From SAR86 cluster bacterium SAR86B (GTDB lineage Bacteria; Pseudomonadota; Gammaproteobacteria; Magnimaribacterales; D2472), in the NCBI GenBank assembly GCA_905181955.1, contig CAJJAC010000010.1:1620-65619 (forward strand): a stretch of 64,000 nt of DNA. Direction: 5' to 3'. Every line of letters starts with the position of its first letter. Positions within the stretch are counted from its first letter, which is position 1. Shown piece by piece: positions 10,121-19,904 of this stretch. A program made the translations under genes and the position numbers. Under the pieces are notes generated by a model that saw only the letters and a list, made by a program, of their open reading frames with translations, did not search any database and was not told where the DNA came from.

Positions 10121-11494
10121 CTAATCAGTTTGAAAGAAAGCTATTCTGTCGGAATGAAAAGAGCCAATATAAATTTTATTATTTAAAGGATAAGCTGTAG
10201 TTGGAAATCCAAATACAGTTTCTTGAAATGAATATATATTTTTCTTTTTGAGAGAAACAACATCAATTTCATGAATAGAAAATGGCAATGAACAATTCAC
10301 ACTAATCTCTAGATCACAGCCCATTGAATCAATCGTCTCATGATCTAAAGAGGTAAGCCAAATAGAGTTATCCAGAATTATCATATTATCTGGTGAATTT
10401 ATTGAATATCTCCCAACAGAGCTTCCATTGAGTAGGTTTATAACTTTTAACTCATCACTAAGATTGTAATTAACATATAAGAGCTCACTATCTTCATCTA
10501 GCCCTATACCATTAGGCTGACCACCATCTGATCCAACAACCTTATTAAAGTTATTGTTATCCCACTTTAAAACATACCCAGTAGAGTATTTAAAAAGGGC
10601 GGCACTTAACCATTCATTTACCGTTATATCTCTTTCATACATATGAGTAACATAAAAAGATCCATCTCTTCTTATACTCAGATCATTAAAATAATTTTCT
10701 TCAGGAGCAACGACACAACCTCTCCAGATCATTGACCAATCATCATCATTTTGAGTTAACTCAAAAAACTCAACAGATTCAAAAGGAAAGTGATTTACAA
10801 CACCAAGCTGCATTAATCCATCATCTCTTTTTACCAAATCAATTCCATGTGGACCAAAAACATCAGCAGGATTTCTTTTACAGCTTGGATCTCCCCATAT
10901 ATTTTCTCCAAATTTAATTTTAGGTAATATTCTTGCACCATCACTTATTCTGAGTAGCGCAAAAGAACCTTTACCATCTCTCTCTTGGTAGGGCTTTATC
11001 CCACCAAATTCTGACATTATAAAAAATTTATTATCTGGCAATAGAGCCATATCTTCAGGATTTTTGAATCCACAATATACAGATATTGATTCATCTGAAC
11101 GGCACTCATCTATATCATTTAATGGCCCCATATAATCTCGCGAAACCATAAGCAAGGCCAAACTAAAAAAAAGTAAACTCAGCGGAATAATGAATTTGTA
11201 ATAATTGTTAAATAAAATATTAGCAAATTTATGAATCACATTTTCAAAAAATATAGCTATAAACCCTCTTAATATTGAGACTAGACCAAAGACAAAAAGA
11301 GTGTTTTTCCACATTCTATCTGACCAAGAAAAATCAACGATATAAAGTAAAAATCCACCAATAACCAAAGCTAAAAAGCCTAATAACTTTATATTAGATG
11401 ATTCTAATATGGGCTGCATGACTGAAAGCACTATTTTTTTAAATAAAATTATTAAACCAAAACATAAAAAAATAATTGCTAATATTTCATTCAT
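10121..11494 (-). CDS. Membrane-anchored beta-propeller protein, SMP-30/gluconolactonase/paraoxonase-like
   Basis: About 115 N-terminal aa contain 3-4 hydrophobic helices. The remainder carries propeller-type repeats with GPHGID, FNDL and QPNGIGLDEDSELLYV (a PNGI..D...LYV motif typical of the SGL/PON fold). Confidence 0.55.
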   Translation of the reverse strand: MNEILAIIFLCFGLIILFKKIVLSVMQPILESSNIKLLGFLALVIGGFLLYIVDFSWSDRMWKNTLFVFGLVSILRGFIAIFFENVIHKFANILFNNYYKFIIPLSLLFFSLALLMVSRDYMGPLNDIDECRSDESISVYCGFKNPEDMALLPDNKFFIMSEFGGIKPYQERDGKGSFALLRISDGARILPKIKFGENIWGDPSCKRNPADVFGPHGIDLVKRDDGLMQLGVVNHFPFESVEFFELTQNDDDWSMIWRGCVVAPEENYFNDLSIRRDGSFYVTHMYERDITVNEWLSAALFKYSTGYVLKWDNNNFNKVVGSDGGQPNGIGLDEDSELLYVNYNLSDELKVINLLNGSSVGRYSINSPDNMIILDNSIWLTSLDHETIDSMGCDLEISVNCSLPFSIHEIDVVSLKKKNIYSFQETVFGFPTTAYPLNNKIYIGSFHSDRIAFFQTD

Positions 11495-11497
11495 TCT

Positions 11498-12400
11498 TCA
11501 ATTTACCCATTTAGATATAGTTGATTTAATTATAGCAACTATCTCAAGAGGCTTGTCTAAAGGAACATGATGAGCGGCCCCCGGAACTTCTACAAAGTCC
11601 ATTACTTCTTCAAACTCTTTTTCCATAAAATTTAATATTTTTGATCCAAGGAGCATACTGTTGCCACCATAAATATATAGCGCTTTACATTTAATATTAA
11701 ACTTATATTCGGAGAGACGGCCTAATTTCCAGAATAAAGTATCATCAAATTTCCACCTCCAACCATCTTCGGTTTGAGATATGGAGTGTTCACCTATATA
11801 TCTTAAATACCAATCATTTTCACACTCTTGTGCCGGCATTAATCTAAATCTGTTAACAATGGATACTTTATTTTCATAATATTTGATCATTCTTAAAGGT
11901 CCAGTACTTCTATGTTTAGCATAGTCATAATCCGGTGGTCTTATGGGAGTATCAATCATAACCAGGTAATCAATAATGTCAGGATGTTCAGTGGCAACAA
12001 AGCCAGCCACATGACCACCAAGAGAGTGACCTACTAGAATAATATTCTTTCCACTATCAATCAGTTGTTCGGTATTTAATATATCGATCATTGCTTGAGA
12101 GAAAGATTTGAAGCTGTAGTCCTCTCTATGTGCAGAGTCTCCCATTCCAGGAAGGTCAATTGCAAGAACATAAGCTTCATCAGAAAACTGAGGAGCAATG
12201 GGATCCCACCATTTCATATGAGCTCCAGTTCCGTGAACCAGAAAGATTATATTTTGATGATCTTTATTTCCCCAAGTTTGATAGGCAACCTGATGATCTT
12301 CTGAGGCTATAGTTTTGTATTCAGATTGATGAGCAATTGAATCATGAAACCAATCAGGTGCATGAGAAATATCATTTTGAAGATTGTCAGTAACTTTCAT
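11498..12400 (-). CDS. Alpha/beta-fold hydrolase
   Basis: HGTG oxyanion region, GHSLGG nucleophile elbow, C-terminal PGAAHH catalytic His region. Confidence 0.8.
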   Translation of the reverse strand: MKVTDNLQNDISHAPDWFHDSIAHQSEYKTIASEDHQVAYQTWGNKDHQNIIFLVHGTGAHMKWWDPIAPQFSDEAYVLAIDLPGMGDSAHREDYSFKSFSQAMIDILNTEQLIDSGKNIILVGHSLGGHVAGFVATEHPDIIDYLVMIDTPIRPPDYDYAKHRSTGPLRMIKYYENKVSIVNRFRLMPAQECENDWYLRYIGEHSISQTEDGWRWKFDDTLFWKLGRLSEYKFNIKCKALYIYGGNSMLLGSKILNFMEKEFEEVMDFVEVPGAAHHVPLDKPLEIVAIIKSTISKWVN

Positions 12401-12440
12401 TGCACGTATTCTAAGCTATTAAATGCAAATAATTAACTAA

Positions 12441-13235
12441 ATGAATACTCAAATAATAACTCCTGCAGCTACTGTCCTAATAATAAGAGATGGCCAGAAT
12501 GGTATAGAAGTATTTATGGTTGAAAGATCTAATAGACCCCCATTCGGTAATCTATTTGTTTTCCCAGGAGGCAAGATAGATGAAAGTGATAATGACTCTA
12601 GAGCTCAGTCATTATGTAAGAGCATCACCGACAAGGAAGCATCATCCTTATTAGGAATTGAAAATAATGGTCTTGGTTATTGGGTAGCTTGCGTTAGAGA
12701 GTGCTTTGAAGAAGTGGGGATACTATTAGCAGAGAAGAAAGATGGCTCTAAATTAAATCTTAATGGATCAGAGAAAGAAAAATATCAAAAATATAGACAA
12801 GATCTTTTAGATGACAAGATAAGTTTTCATGATATTTGTATACAAGAAGAACTTGAATTATTAACAGAAAACATAGCTCCCTTTTCTCACTGGATAACAC
12901 CAGATATTGAAGTTAAAAGATTTGATACTAGATTTTTTATAGCATGTTTACCTGATAATCAGACAGGCATTCACGATGGAAATGAATTAGTAAATAGTCT
13001 TTGGATTTCAGTAGAAGAAGCTATTAAAAAAGCTTATGCAGGAGATATGAATATGATAATGCCGACAATCAAGAATCTTGAGCAATGTATCGGTTTTGAA
13101 TCAATTCAGGAGCTACTTAATCATCAACAAAAATTAACTAACGATGATATACCGTCAATTTTGCCAAAATTCTTTAAAAAGGATGGTAATTGGGTAGGAC
13201 TTCTTCCAGGTGATGCGGGGTATGATGACAACTAA
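12441..13235 (+). CDS. NUDIX-family hydrolase with an interrupted Nudix box
   Basis: PGGKIDE ... RECFEEVGI elements of the Nudix box are separated by an insertion of about 35 aa. Confidence 0.7.
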   Translation: MNTQIITPAATVLIIRDGQNGIEVFMVERSNRPPFGNLFVFPGGKIDESDNDSRAQSLCKSITDKEASSLLGIENNGLGYWVACVRECFEEVGILLAEKKDGSKLNLNGSEKEKYQKYRQDLLDDKISFHDICIQEELELLTENIAPFSHWITPDIEVKRFDTRFFIACLPDNQTGIHDGNELVNSLWISVEEAIKKAYAGDMNMIMPTIKNLEQCIGFESIQELLNHQQKLTNDDIPSILPKFFKKDGNWVGLLPGDAGYDDN

Positions 13236-14038
13236 TGACTAGTCTGATAAAAAAAATAACAGCTCCAAATGGTGGAGTCTTTACCGGAGGAGGGACTAAC
13301 ACTTACCTAATAGGTAAAGAGGATATTACTGTTGTAGATCCAGGTCCATCCATTCAAAGTCATCTAGATGAAATCGTCAAAGCTGGAAATAATAATATAA
13401 AAAGAATTATTGTTACCCATACGCATAAAGATCATTCACCAGGTGCAAAACCTTTAGCAAAAATATTAAATGTTCCAGTAATGGGTTCTTTTGCTAAGTT
13501 TGATATGTTTCAGGATGAAACATTTGATCCTGATAAAATTCTTCAAGATAAAGATATTATTAAGACTAGTGAATATACAATTGAAGTTATTCATACTCCT
13601 GGGCATGCTTCCAATCACTTGTGTTTTTTAATACAAGAAGAAAAGTGTTTACTAACAGGAGATCATATTATGAATGGCTCAACAGTTGTTATAGCCCCAC
13701 CTGATGGAAATATGACCGAATATTTGGACTCGCTTAAAAAGCTTGATAATTTTGATATTAAATTACTAGCACCAGGTCATGGAGATTATCTTGAGAATCC
13801 AAAAGTTGTGACTGATTGGATATTTAATCATCGATTAAGTAGAGAGCAGAAAGTTTTGAATTCAATAAAAGAATTAAAGACAGCTCGAATAGAAGATCTT
13901 TTAGCTCACGTATATGATGACGTTGATCCAGGACTTCATCCCATAGCTTTATGGAGTCTAGAAGCTCATTTAATAAGATTAGAAGAACATCAATATGTTA
14001 AGAAGCTAGAAGACGGTTTATGGAAAGCAGAATCCTAA
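13235..14038 (+). CDS. Metallo-beta-lactamase-fold hydrolase
   Basis: THTHKDH (HxHxDH) motif plus downstream HTPGH and GDH metal ligands. Its ATG shares one nucleotide with the NUDIX gene stop. Confidence 0.8.
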   Translation: MTSLIKKITAPNGGVFTGGGTNTYLIGKEDITVVDPGPSIQSHLDEIVKAGNNNIKRIIVTHTHKDHSPGAKPLAKILNVPVMGSFAKFDMFQDETFDPDKILQDKDIIKTSEYTIEVIHTPGHASNHLCFLIQEEKCLLTGDHIMNGSTVVIAPPDGNMTEYLDSLKKLDNFDIKLLAPGHGDYLENPKVVTDWIFNHRLSREQKVLNSIKELKTARIEDLLAHVYDDVDPGLHPIALWSLEAHLIRLEEHQYVKKLEDGLWKAES

Positions 14039-14049
14039 AGTAACTTTAG

Positions 14050-14069
14050 TTTTTAGCTGCGGCTAGAAA
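14050..14069. terminator. Weak bidirectional hairpin between convergent MBL hydrolase and acs genes
   Basis: TTTTTAGC-tgcg-GCTAGAAA, an 8-bp stem with one mismatch flanked by T/A runs. Confidence 0.35.
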
Positions 14070-14095
14070 TCATATAAATGCATAAGAATATAATT

Positions 14096-16030
14096 TTATT
14101 GTGCATACTCTTCTTTGGATGCGATTAGATCTTCTACAACGTTTGGGTCGGCTAGTGTTGAAGTATCACCAAGGTTATCAAATTCACCTGCTGCAATTTT
14201 TCTTAAGATTCTTCGCATAATTTTCCCTGATCTTGTTTTAGGAAGACCCGGCGCCCACTGAATCAAATCAGGTTTTGCGATAGGGCTAATTTCATTTGAT
14301 ACAAATAACTTTAATTCATTCTTTAATACATCTTCATAAGCTTCGCCCGACATTAAAGTTACATATACATAGATTCCTTGGCCTTTAATAGGATGATCAA
14401 ATCCAACAACTGCAGCCTCTGCAACTTTTGGATGAAGTACTAAAGCACTTTCAATTTCAGCTGTTCCAAGTCTATGACCAGATACGTTAAGAACATCATC
14501 AACTCTTCCAGTTATCCAGATGTAACCATCGGAATCTCTTTTTGCACCATCACCAGTAAAATACATTCCATTATATTGTGAGAAATATGTATCTAGCATT
14601 CTTTCATGATCACCATAAATACTTCTTATCTGACTTGGCCATGACTGAGTGATAACAAGATTCCCTGAACTTTCTCCTTCAAGCTTATTTCCATCAGGAT
14701 CAACTAACGCAGGCTTTACTCCAAAGAAAGGGAAGGTTGCAGAACCTGGTTTTACAGGAGTTACCCCAGCAATAGGAGAGATTAAAACTGATCCAGTTTC
14801 TGTTTGCCACCATGTATCAATGATATGGCATTTGCTATTACCAACTACAGAATAGTACCACTCCCAAGCTTCTGGATTAATAGGCTCTCCAACAGTTCCA
14901 AGTATTCGTAATGAAGTTCTATCTGTCTTTAGAACAGGAGCATCCCCTTGTGACATTAAAGCTCTAATTGCAGTTGGGGCGGTGTAGAAGATATTAATAT
15001 TATGTTTATCACATACTTCCCAACATCTTGAGGCATCTGGGTATGTTGGAACGCCTTCAAACATAAGGCTTGTCGCGCCATTAGATAAAGGACCATAAAC
15101 AATATAAGTGTGGCCTGTAATCCAGCCTACATCTGCCGTACACCAATAGTTATCTTCTGGGTTATACCCAAATAGATATTTAAAGGATATATGAGCACCT
15201 AACAGATACCCAGCTGTTGTATGCATAACGCCTTTAGGTTTTCCTGTTGAGCCAGATGTATATAAAATAAAGAGAGGATCTTCTGAATCCATTGGTTCCG
15301 GAGTAAATATTTTATCTTGATGATTTACTAAATCGTGATACCAAACATCGACCTGATCATTCCAATTAATATCTCCACCTGTTCGCTTAATAACTAGATT
15401 TGTTTTTACACAAGGGCATTTTTTTAGAGCTATATCAACATTGTTTTTAAGAGGCACAGTTTTGCCACCCCTGTAACCCTCATCAGCAGTAATGACTAAA
15501 GAACAATCTGCATCTAATATTCTATCTTTTAAGGCTTCTGGAGAAAAACCACCAAAAACAACAGAATGGATAGCACCAATTCGTGCACAAGCAAGCATTG
15601 CATAGGAAGCCTCAAGAATCATTGGCATATAAATACAAACCCTGGAGCCTTTTGAAACTCCTACCTCTTTTAAGGCATTTGAAAGTTTACAAACTTCATC
15701 ATGAAGTTCTTGATAAGTAACAGAGGTAGACTCATTAGGATTATCGCCTTCCCATATTAGAGCAGTCTTATCTGCATTACTCTCTAGATGTCTATCAATA
15801 CAATTTTCAGATATATTTAGTTTTCCACCATCAAACCATGTTGCATTAGAAAAATTATCATTGTGAACTTCTGCAAAAGGCTCAATCCAATTTAAATTGT
15901 CTTTTGCCATGTTGCCAAAAAAACTCTTAGGGTTATTGATTGACTCTTCATACATAGCCTTGTATTGATCAAAATCTTTTATATGGGGATTACTTATATT
16001 ATCTTGAGGATTGTAAATTTTATCTTCCAT
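14096..16030 (-). CDS. acs: Acetyl-CoA synthetase (AMP-forming)
   Basis: 644 aa. [14 protein letters not shown]-binding motif, WWQTETG, and a C-terminal SGKIMRR lysine motif. Confidence 0.95.
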   Translation of the reverse strand: MEDKIYNPQDNISNPHIKDFDQYKAMYEESINNPKSFFGNMAKDNLNWIEPFAEVHNDNFSNATWFDGGKLNISENCIDRHLESNADKTALIWEGDNPNESTSVTYQELHDEVCKLSNALKEVGVSKGSRVCIYMPMILEASYAMLACARIGAIHSVVFGGFSPEALKDRILDADCSLVITADEGYRGGKTVPLKNNVDIALKKCPCVKTNLVIKRTGGDINWNDQVDVWYHDLVNHQDKIFTPEPMDSEDPLFILYTSGSTGKPKGVMHTTAGYLLGAHISFKYLFGYNPEDNYWCTADVGWITGHTYIVYGPLSNGATSLMFEGVPTYPDASRCWEVCDKHNINIFYTAPTAIRALMSQGDAPVLKTDRTSLRILGTVGEPINPEAWEWYYSVVGNSKCHIIDTWWQTETGSVLISPIAGVTPVKPGSATFPFFGVKPALVDPDGNKLEGESSGNLVITQSWPSQIRSIYGDHERMLDTYFSQYNGMYFTGDGAKRDSDGYIWITGRVDDVLNVSGHRLGTAEIESALVLHPKVAEAAVVGFDHPIKGQGIYVYVTLMSGEAYEDVLKNELKLFVSNEISPIAKPDLIQWAPGLPKTRSGKIMRRILRKIAAGEFDNLGDTSTLADPNVVEDLIASKEEYAQ

Positions 16031-16063
16031 AAGAATTTTTATCCTGAGAATAAACTCAATTTT

Positions 16064-16729
16064 TTAAATTATTGAAGGCTGAGGATTGATAAACTTTTTG
16101 CCTTTAGGATCTGACATTATCTGACCTACAAGCATATCAAAGTCATCATCGTTTGATTCCAAGTTTATATCAGCTGCATTCACAATTAATAATGGAGACG
16201 ATTCGTAATAAAGAAAAAATCTTGAGTAAGCATCATTCAGCCTTTCTAGATAATCTGGCGTTAAAAACTGCTCATTGGAATTTCCTCTTTTACCTATTCT
16301 GTCCATTAAAACGTGAACAGGCGCTTGTAAATATATTACTAAGTCAGGAGTAGGGGCATCAATAGTGAGATGGTCATACATTTTGTTATATAGATCCATC
16401 TCTTCACTAGATAAAGTTACTTCAGCAAACAACCTATCTTTTTGAATTAAAAAATCAGCAACTCTTACTGTTTCAAATAAACTTCTTTGTTTTAATTCTT
16501 CTATTTGCTGGATTCTTTGAAATAAGAAAAATAACTGAGTGGCTAAAGCTGACTGGCTTGGGTTTTTATAAAAGTTCTTTAAAAAAGGGTTTTCTGAAGG
16601 TCTCTCTAAAAAAGCGTCATAATTAAAATTTGTAGCTAGTTTATTAGCAAGTGTTGTTTTGCCAACACCTATCGGTCCTTCGATTGCAATGTATTTTGGA
16701 AGTGGTGTTTCCTTAATAGCAAGTTTCAT
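16064..16729 (-). CDS. Deoxynucleoside kinase family protein
   Basis: IAIEGPIGVGKTT P-loop, ERP...NPFL and LFFLFQR motifs of the dNK family. Located downstream of pcnB. Confidence 0.75.
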   Translation of the reverse strand: MKLAIKETPLPKYIAIEGPIGVGKTTLANKLATNFNYDAFLERPSENPFLKNFYKNPSQSALATQLFFLFQRIQQIEELKQRSLFETVRVADFLIQKDRLFAEVTLSSEEMDLYNKMYDHLTIDAPTPDLVIYLQAPVHVLMDRIGKRGNSNEQFLTPDYLERLNDAYSRFFLYYESSPLLIVNAADINLESNDDDFDMLVGQIMSDPKGKKFINPQPSII

Positions 16730-16756
16730 TAATAAAACAATATTTTTTTATTAAGA

Positions 16757-17983
16757 TTATATTAACTCACTCGAGAAACCAAATTTTTTATCAGATTCAT
16801 TTTCTCTTTCATTACTTAATTTAGTAATTACTGCTTCTCTTTCATCATCATTTTGATTTTGAAACTTAGTCCACCAGTCACCAATACTTGAGTCTTCCTT
16901 AGCTGCAGCTTCTCTAATTAATAAAAAATCATAAGCTGCTCTAAATCTAGGATGCTTTACAAGTTTATGAGGGTATTGCCCAATTCTACTTTCAAGTTTT
17001 AACTGTAAAACCCATATATCTTTAATATATGTTTGAAATTTTCTGGGTATCGCTGTTAATTGATGCTGGTCTCTTAAAACCTCATCCATAGACCTAAAGA
17101 ATTTTCTAATATTTATCTCTTTATTATTAGAGCATTTTTTAATAAGTGATGGCCATAGAAGTGCAGCCATTAAAAAGCCTGGTGTAATAGACTGATTATT
17201 AGATATTCTTCTATCAGTATTTACTAAAGCCTCTAACATCACATTCATTGAAAATTCAGAGAAATCAGGATCGGTAGAGATTAGATATTTAGCTATTCCA
17301 AATGAATTAAGTTTTTTAAAGTTCTGTTCAGCGTGGCCGTGTAAAAATATTTTACAAAATTCATCAAAAAGCCTCGCATTAGATATGCCTGAGAGGAGAT
17401 AACTTTTATCATAAATTGCATCTTTAACCTTATTATCGATCTTAAAATCTAATTTAGTACTAAACCTAATAGCTCTAAGGGCTCTAACTGGGTCCTCTTC
17501 AAACCTTCCCTGTGGATCTCCAATTGAAACGAGTATCTTTTTATTAATATGCTTTAAGCCAGCATGAAAATCTTGAATCTTATCTGTTATTGGGCAGTAA
17601 TAAAGAGCATTTACAGTGAAATCTCTTCTATGACAATCTTGCTGGATAGTTCCCCAGGTATTATCTCTAAGAATTTTTCCAGTATCATCTTTTACAAGAG
17701 TATCTGAATTTTGCTTCCCAGCTCTAAAGGTAGCAACCTCAATTAATTCTGATCTATTAAATACATGGACCAGCCTAAATCTCTTCCCAATAATCCTCGA
17801 GGCTTTAAATATTTTTCTTACCTCTTCCGGAGTAGCATTAGTTGCTATATCAAAATCTTTTGGGGTAATTCCAGTTAAAACATCACGAATACATCCGCCA
17901 ACCAGATATGCTTCAAAGTTATTATCTTGAAGGGTTTGGATTATGGAGATAGCAAAAACGCTAAATTTTTTTGTGTCTAACAA
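16757..17983 (-). CDS. pcnB: Poly(A) polymerase I
   Basis: GGCIRD...PKDFD nucleotidyltransferase motif and RDFTVNALYY motif. dksA-pcnB neighbourhood. Confidence 0.9.
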   Translation of the reverse strand: MLDTKKFSVFAISIIQTLQDNNFEAYLVGGCIRDVLTGITPKDFDIATNATPEEVRKIFKASRIIGKRFRLVHVFNRSELIEVATFRAGKQNSDTLVKDDTGKILRDNTWGTIQQDCHRRDFTVNALYYCPITDKIQDFHAGLKHINKKILVSIGDPQGRFEEDPVRALRAIRFSTKLDFKIDNKVKDAIYDKSYLLSGISNARLFDEFCKIFLHGHAEQNFKKLNSFGIAKYLISTDPDFSEFSMNVMLEALVNTDRRISNNQSITPGFLMAALLWPSLIKKCSNNKEINIRKFFRSMDEVLRDQHQLTAIPRKFQTYIKDIWVLQLKLESRIGQYPHKLVKHPRFRAAYDFLLIREAAAKEDSSIGDWWTKFQNQNDDEREAVITKLSNERENESDKKFGFSSELI

Positions 17984-18011
17984 TTGTGTGAGATTAATTT
18001 ATTCAATGATT

Positions 18012-18239
18012 TTATTTTTTTATGAATTTTAATTCTGTTTCCCAATTTTTTTTATTTGTTTCGTAATATTCTGTTCCTTGTTGAGCAAGGATAATTCTGC
18101 CACCATCCATGTCAATTCTTATACTATCTGTATTTATGACTCCGCCAAATCTATCATAAAATACCCCGATAATATCACCAGTCTTATCTTCAGTATGAAT
18201 GTTTTTTATTAATTTTATTAATTCTTCTTTTTTCATCAA
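18012..18239 (-). CDS. Hypothetical 75-aa protein
   Basis: Clean ORF on the same strand, fitting tightly between dksA and pcnB. I recognise no family. Confidence 0.4.
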   Translation of the reverse strand: MMKKEELIKLIKNIHTEDKTGDIIGVFYDRFGGVINTDSIRIDMDGGRIILAQQGTEYYETNKKNWETELKFIKK

Positions 18240-18251
18240 AAACAGTAAGAA

Positions 18252-18845
18252 TTAACCACTATGTTGTTTTTCTTTGATTTCATTAAGAGTCTTACAATCA
18301 ATACAATGAGTGGCAGTTGGTCTCGCCTCTAATCTCTTTATTCCAATATTAACTCCACAAGATTCACAATAACCATAGTCATTTTGCTTTATTAGATCCA
18401 TGGATGAAGAGATCTTATTTATAAGCTTTCTTTCTCTATCTCTTGTCCTTAATTCAAATGCAAATTCTTCTTCTTGTGATGCTCTATCTAGATCATCAGC
18501 AGGTTTTTCACCTTTATCTTTTAAATGCTCAAATGTTTTTTGCATCTCTTGTCTCAGATCATTACGCCAATTTGATAGAATATTTGTAAAGTGCCTTTTC
18601 ATAGGAGCACTCATATATTTTTCTTTTTTCTTTGGTTTGTATGCTACGGGCTTTTTCTTGGCCACAACTTTCTTAGCCGCAGGCTTCTTAACTGTCACTT
18701 TCTTAACTACAGGCTTCTTAACTACCACTTTCTTAGCCACAGGCTTCTTAGCTACAACTTTCTTGGCCGCAGATTTCTTAGCAGGAGTGTTTTTATTTTT
18801 CGCTATAGTCAATTTTGTTTTTTTATCAGAATTTGCTTTATTCAT
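18252..18845 (-). CDS. dksA: RNA polymerase-binding transcription factor DksA with lysine-rich repeat N-terminal extension
   Basis: The C-terminal ~130 aa align by eye to DksA: DDLDRASQEEEFAFELRTRDRERKLI coiled-coil tip and the CESCG...CIDC zinc finger. Residues ~20-68 are AKK(P/V)V repeats. Confidence 0.9.
   Translation of the reverse strand: MNKANSDKKTKLTIAKNKNTPAKKSAAKKVVAKKPVAKKVVVKKPVVKKVTVKKPAAKKVVAKKKPVAYKPKKKEKYMSAPMKRHFTNILSNWRNDLRQEMQKTFEHLKDKGEKPADDLDRASQEEEFAFELRTRDRERKLINKISSSMDLIKQNDYGYCESCGVNIGIKRLEARPTATHCIDCKTLNEIKEKQHSG
18642..18788 (-). repeat. In-frame tandem repeat of about 24 nt (about 5-6 units) encoding AKKPVAKKVV-type repeats inside dksA
   Basis: The plus strand reads ...ACTTTCTTAGCCGCAGGCTTCTTAACTGTCACTTTCTTAACTACAGGCTTCTTAACTACCACTTTCTTAGCCACAGGCTTCTTAGC... 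Confidence 0.8.
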
Positions 18846-18901
18846 TAAGTAAAAATATAAATTTTTAGGGGGTGCAAAGTAGCAGAATCCTATGAAATTT
18901 A

Positions 18902-19903
18902 CTAGTACTTTTGTATATTATTTTTAACTTTAATATAACCGTCCATAGATAATCTCGGTCCAAAGGTCTCAACTACCTTTGATGCTGCATAATTTGAAAA
19001 CTTTGCACAAGATGTTAAAGGCATACCTTGAAGATAAGCATACATAAATGATCCAGCAAACATGTCACCAGCACCATTCGTGTCAACTGGTTGGATTTGT
19101 TCACCTGATACATAATCTTCATTGCCATCAGCAACAACAATACTTCCTTTAGCCCCAGTTGTAATAACTGAAGTAAAAGGTTTTTCTTTTAAGAATTTAA
19201 TTGCATCATCTAAATTATCTTTTCCAGAAAAAGCTTTAGCCTCATCGTCATTTCCAAAGACCATATCTATGCCATATGACTCAATTTGCTCAAACTTATC
19301 TCTAAAACCATTCACAATCCCTGGATCTGAAAGTGACAGAGCCTTTAAGATTTCTTTATCCTTCAAAAATTCTAGTACTGTAATAACAGCATTAAAATTT
19401 TCATCACTAGTCACCATATAACCTTCAATATAAAATATTTTTGAATTAGCTATAGCTTCCAAATCTAGATCCAATGAGCTCATACAAGCACTTACTCCAA
19501 GCATACTAACCATGGTTCTTTTGGCATCAGGAGTCACTAAAATAAGACATTTACCAGTTGGTAAATCTAACTGTTCTTCGCTATAACCCTTGTGATAGAC
19601 ACCAGCATTTTTTAGACTATCTAAATATCGCATACCATCATCATCTTTCGATACTCTGCATACATGATGACATTCCGCGCCATAACTTGATGAAGCCACT
19701 AAAGAGTTGGTTGCCGATCCCCCACAATCAGATACTGATTCTGCATCAAGATCTTCGAGTTTTTTTGTAATTTCATTTTGCTCGTCTGCAGAAACAAGGG
19801 TCATTTGATCAGCTTCTAAACCAACCGAGGCTAAAAATTCATGCGAGACCATATACTGAGTATCAACTAAAGCATTTCCTAAAGCGCAAATATCATATTT
19901 CAT
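18902..19903 (-). CDS. PfkB-family kinase, adenosine-kinase-like
   Basis: N-terminal GNALVD and C-terminal DTNGAGDMFAGSF PfkB signatures. Confidence 0.7.
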   Translation of the reverse strand: MKYDICALGNALVDTQYMVSHEFLASVGLEADQMTLVSADEQNEITKKLEDLDAESVSDCGGSATNSLVASSSYGAECHHVCRVSKDDDGMRYLDSLKNAGVYHKGYSEEQLDLPTGKCLILVTPDAKRTMVSMLGVSACMSSLDLDLEAIANSKIFYIEGYMVTSDENFNAVITVLEFLKDKEILKALSLSDPGIVNGFRDKFEQIESYGIDMVFGNDDEAKAFSGKDNLDDAIKFLKEKPFTSVITTGAKGSIVVADGNEDYVSGEQIQPVDTNGAGDMFAGSFMYAYLQGMPLTSCAKFSNYAASKVVETFGPRLSMDGYIKVKNNIQKY

Positions 19904-19904
19904 T

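Noticed and set aside
16045-16058. TGAGAATAAACTCA in the acs upstream region, sharing the GAGAAT half-site
   Set aside because: The second half is not the inverted complement (ACTC rather than ATTCTC) and the spacing is wrong. This is a half-site only.
18400-18852. 150-aa and 85-aa ORFs antisense to dksA
   Set aside because: The Phe/Leu-rich products are simply the reverse complement of the AAG/AAA lysine repeats. dksA on the other strand is unambiguous.
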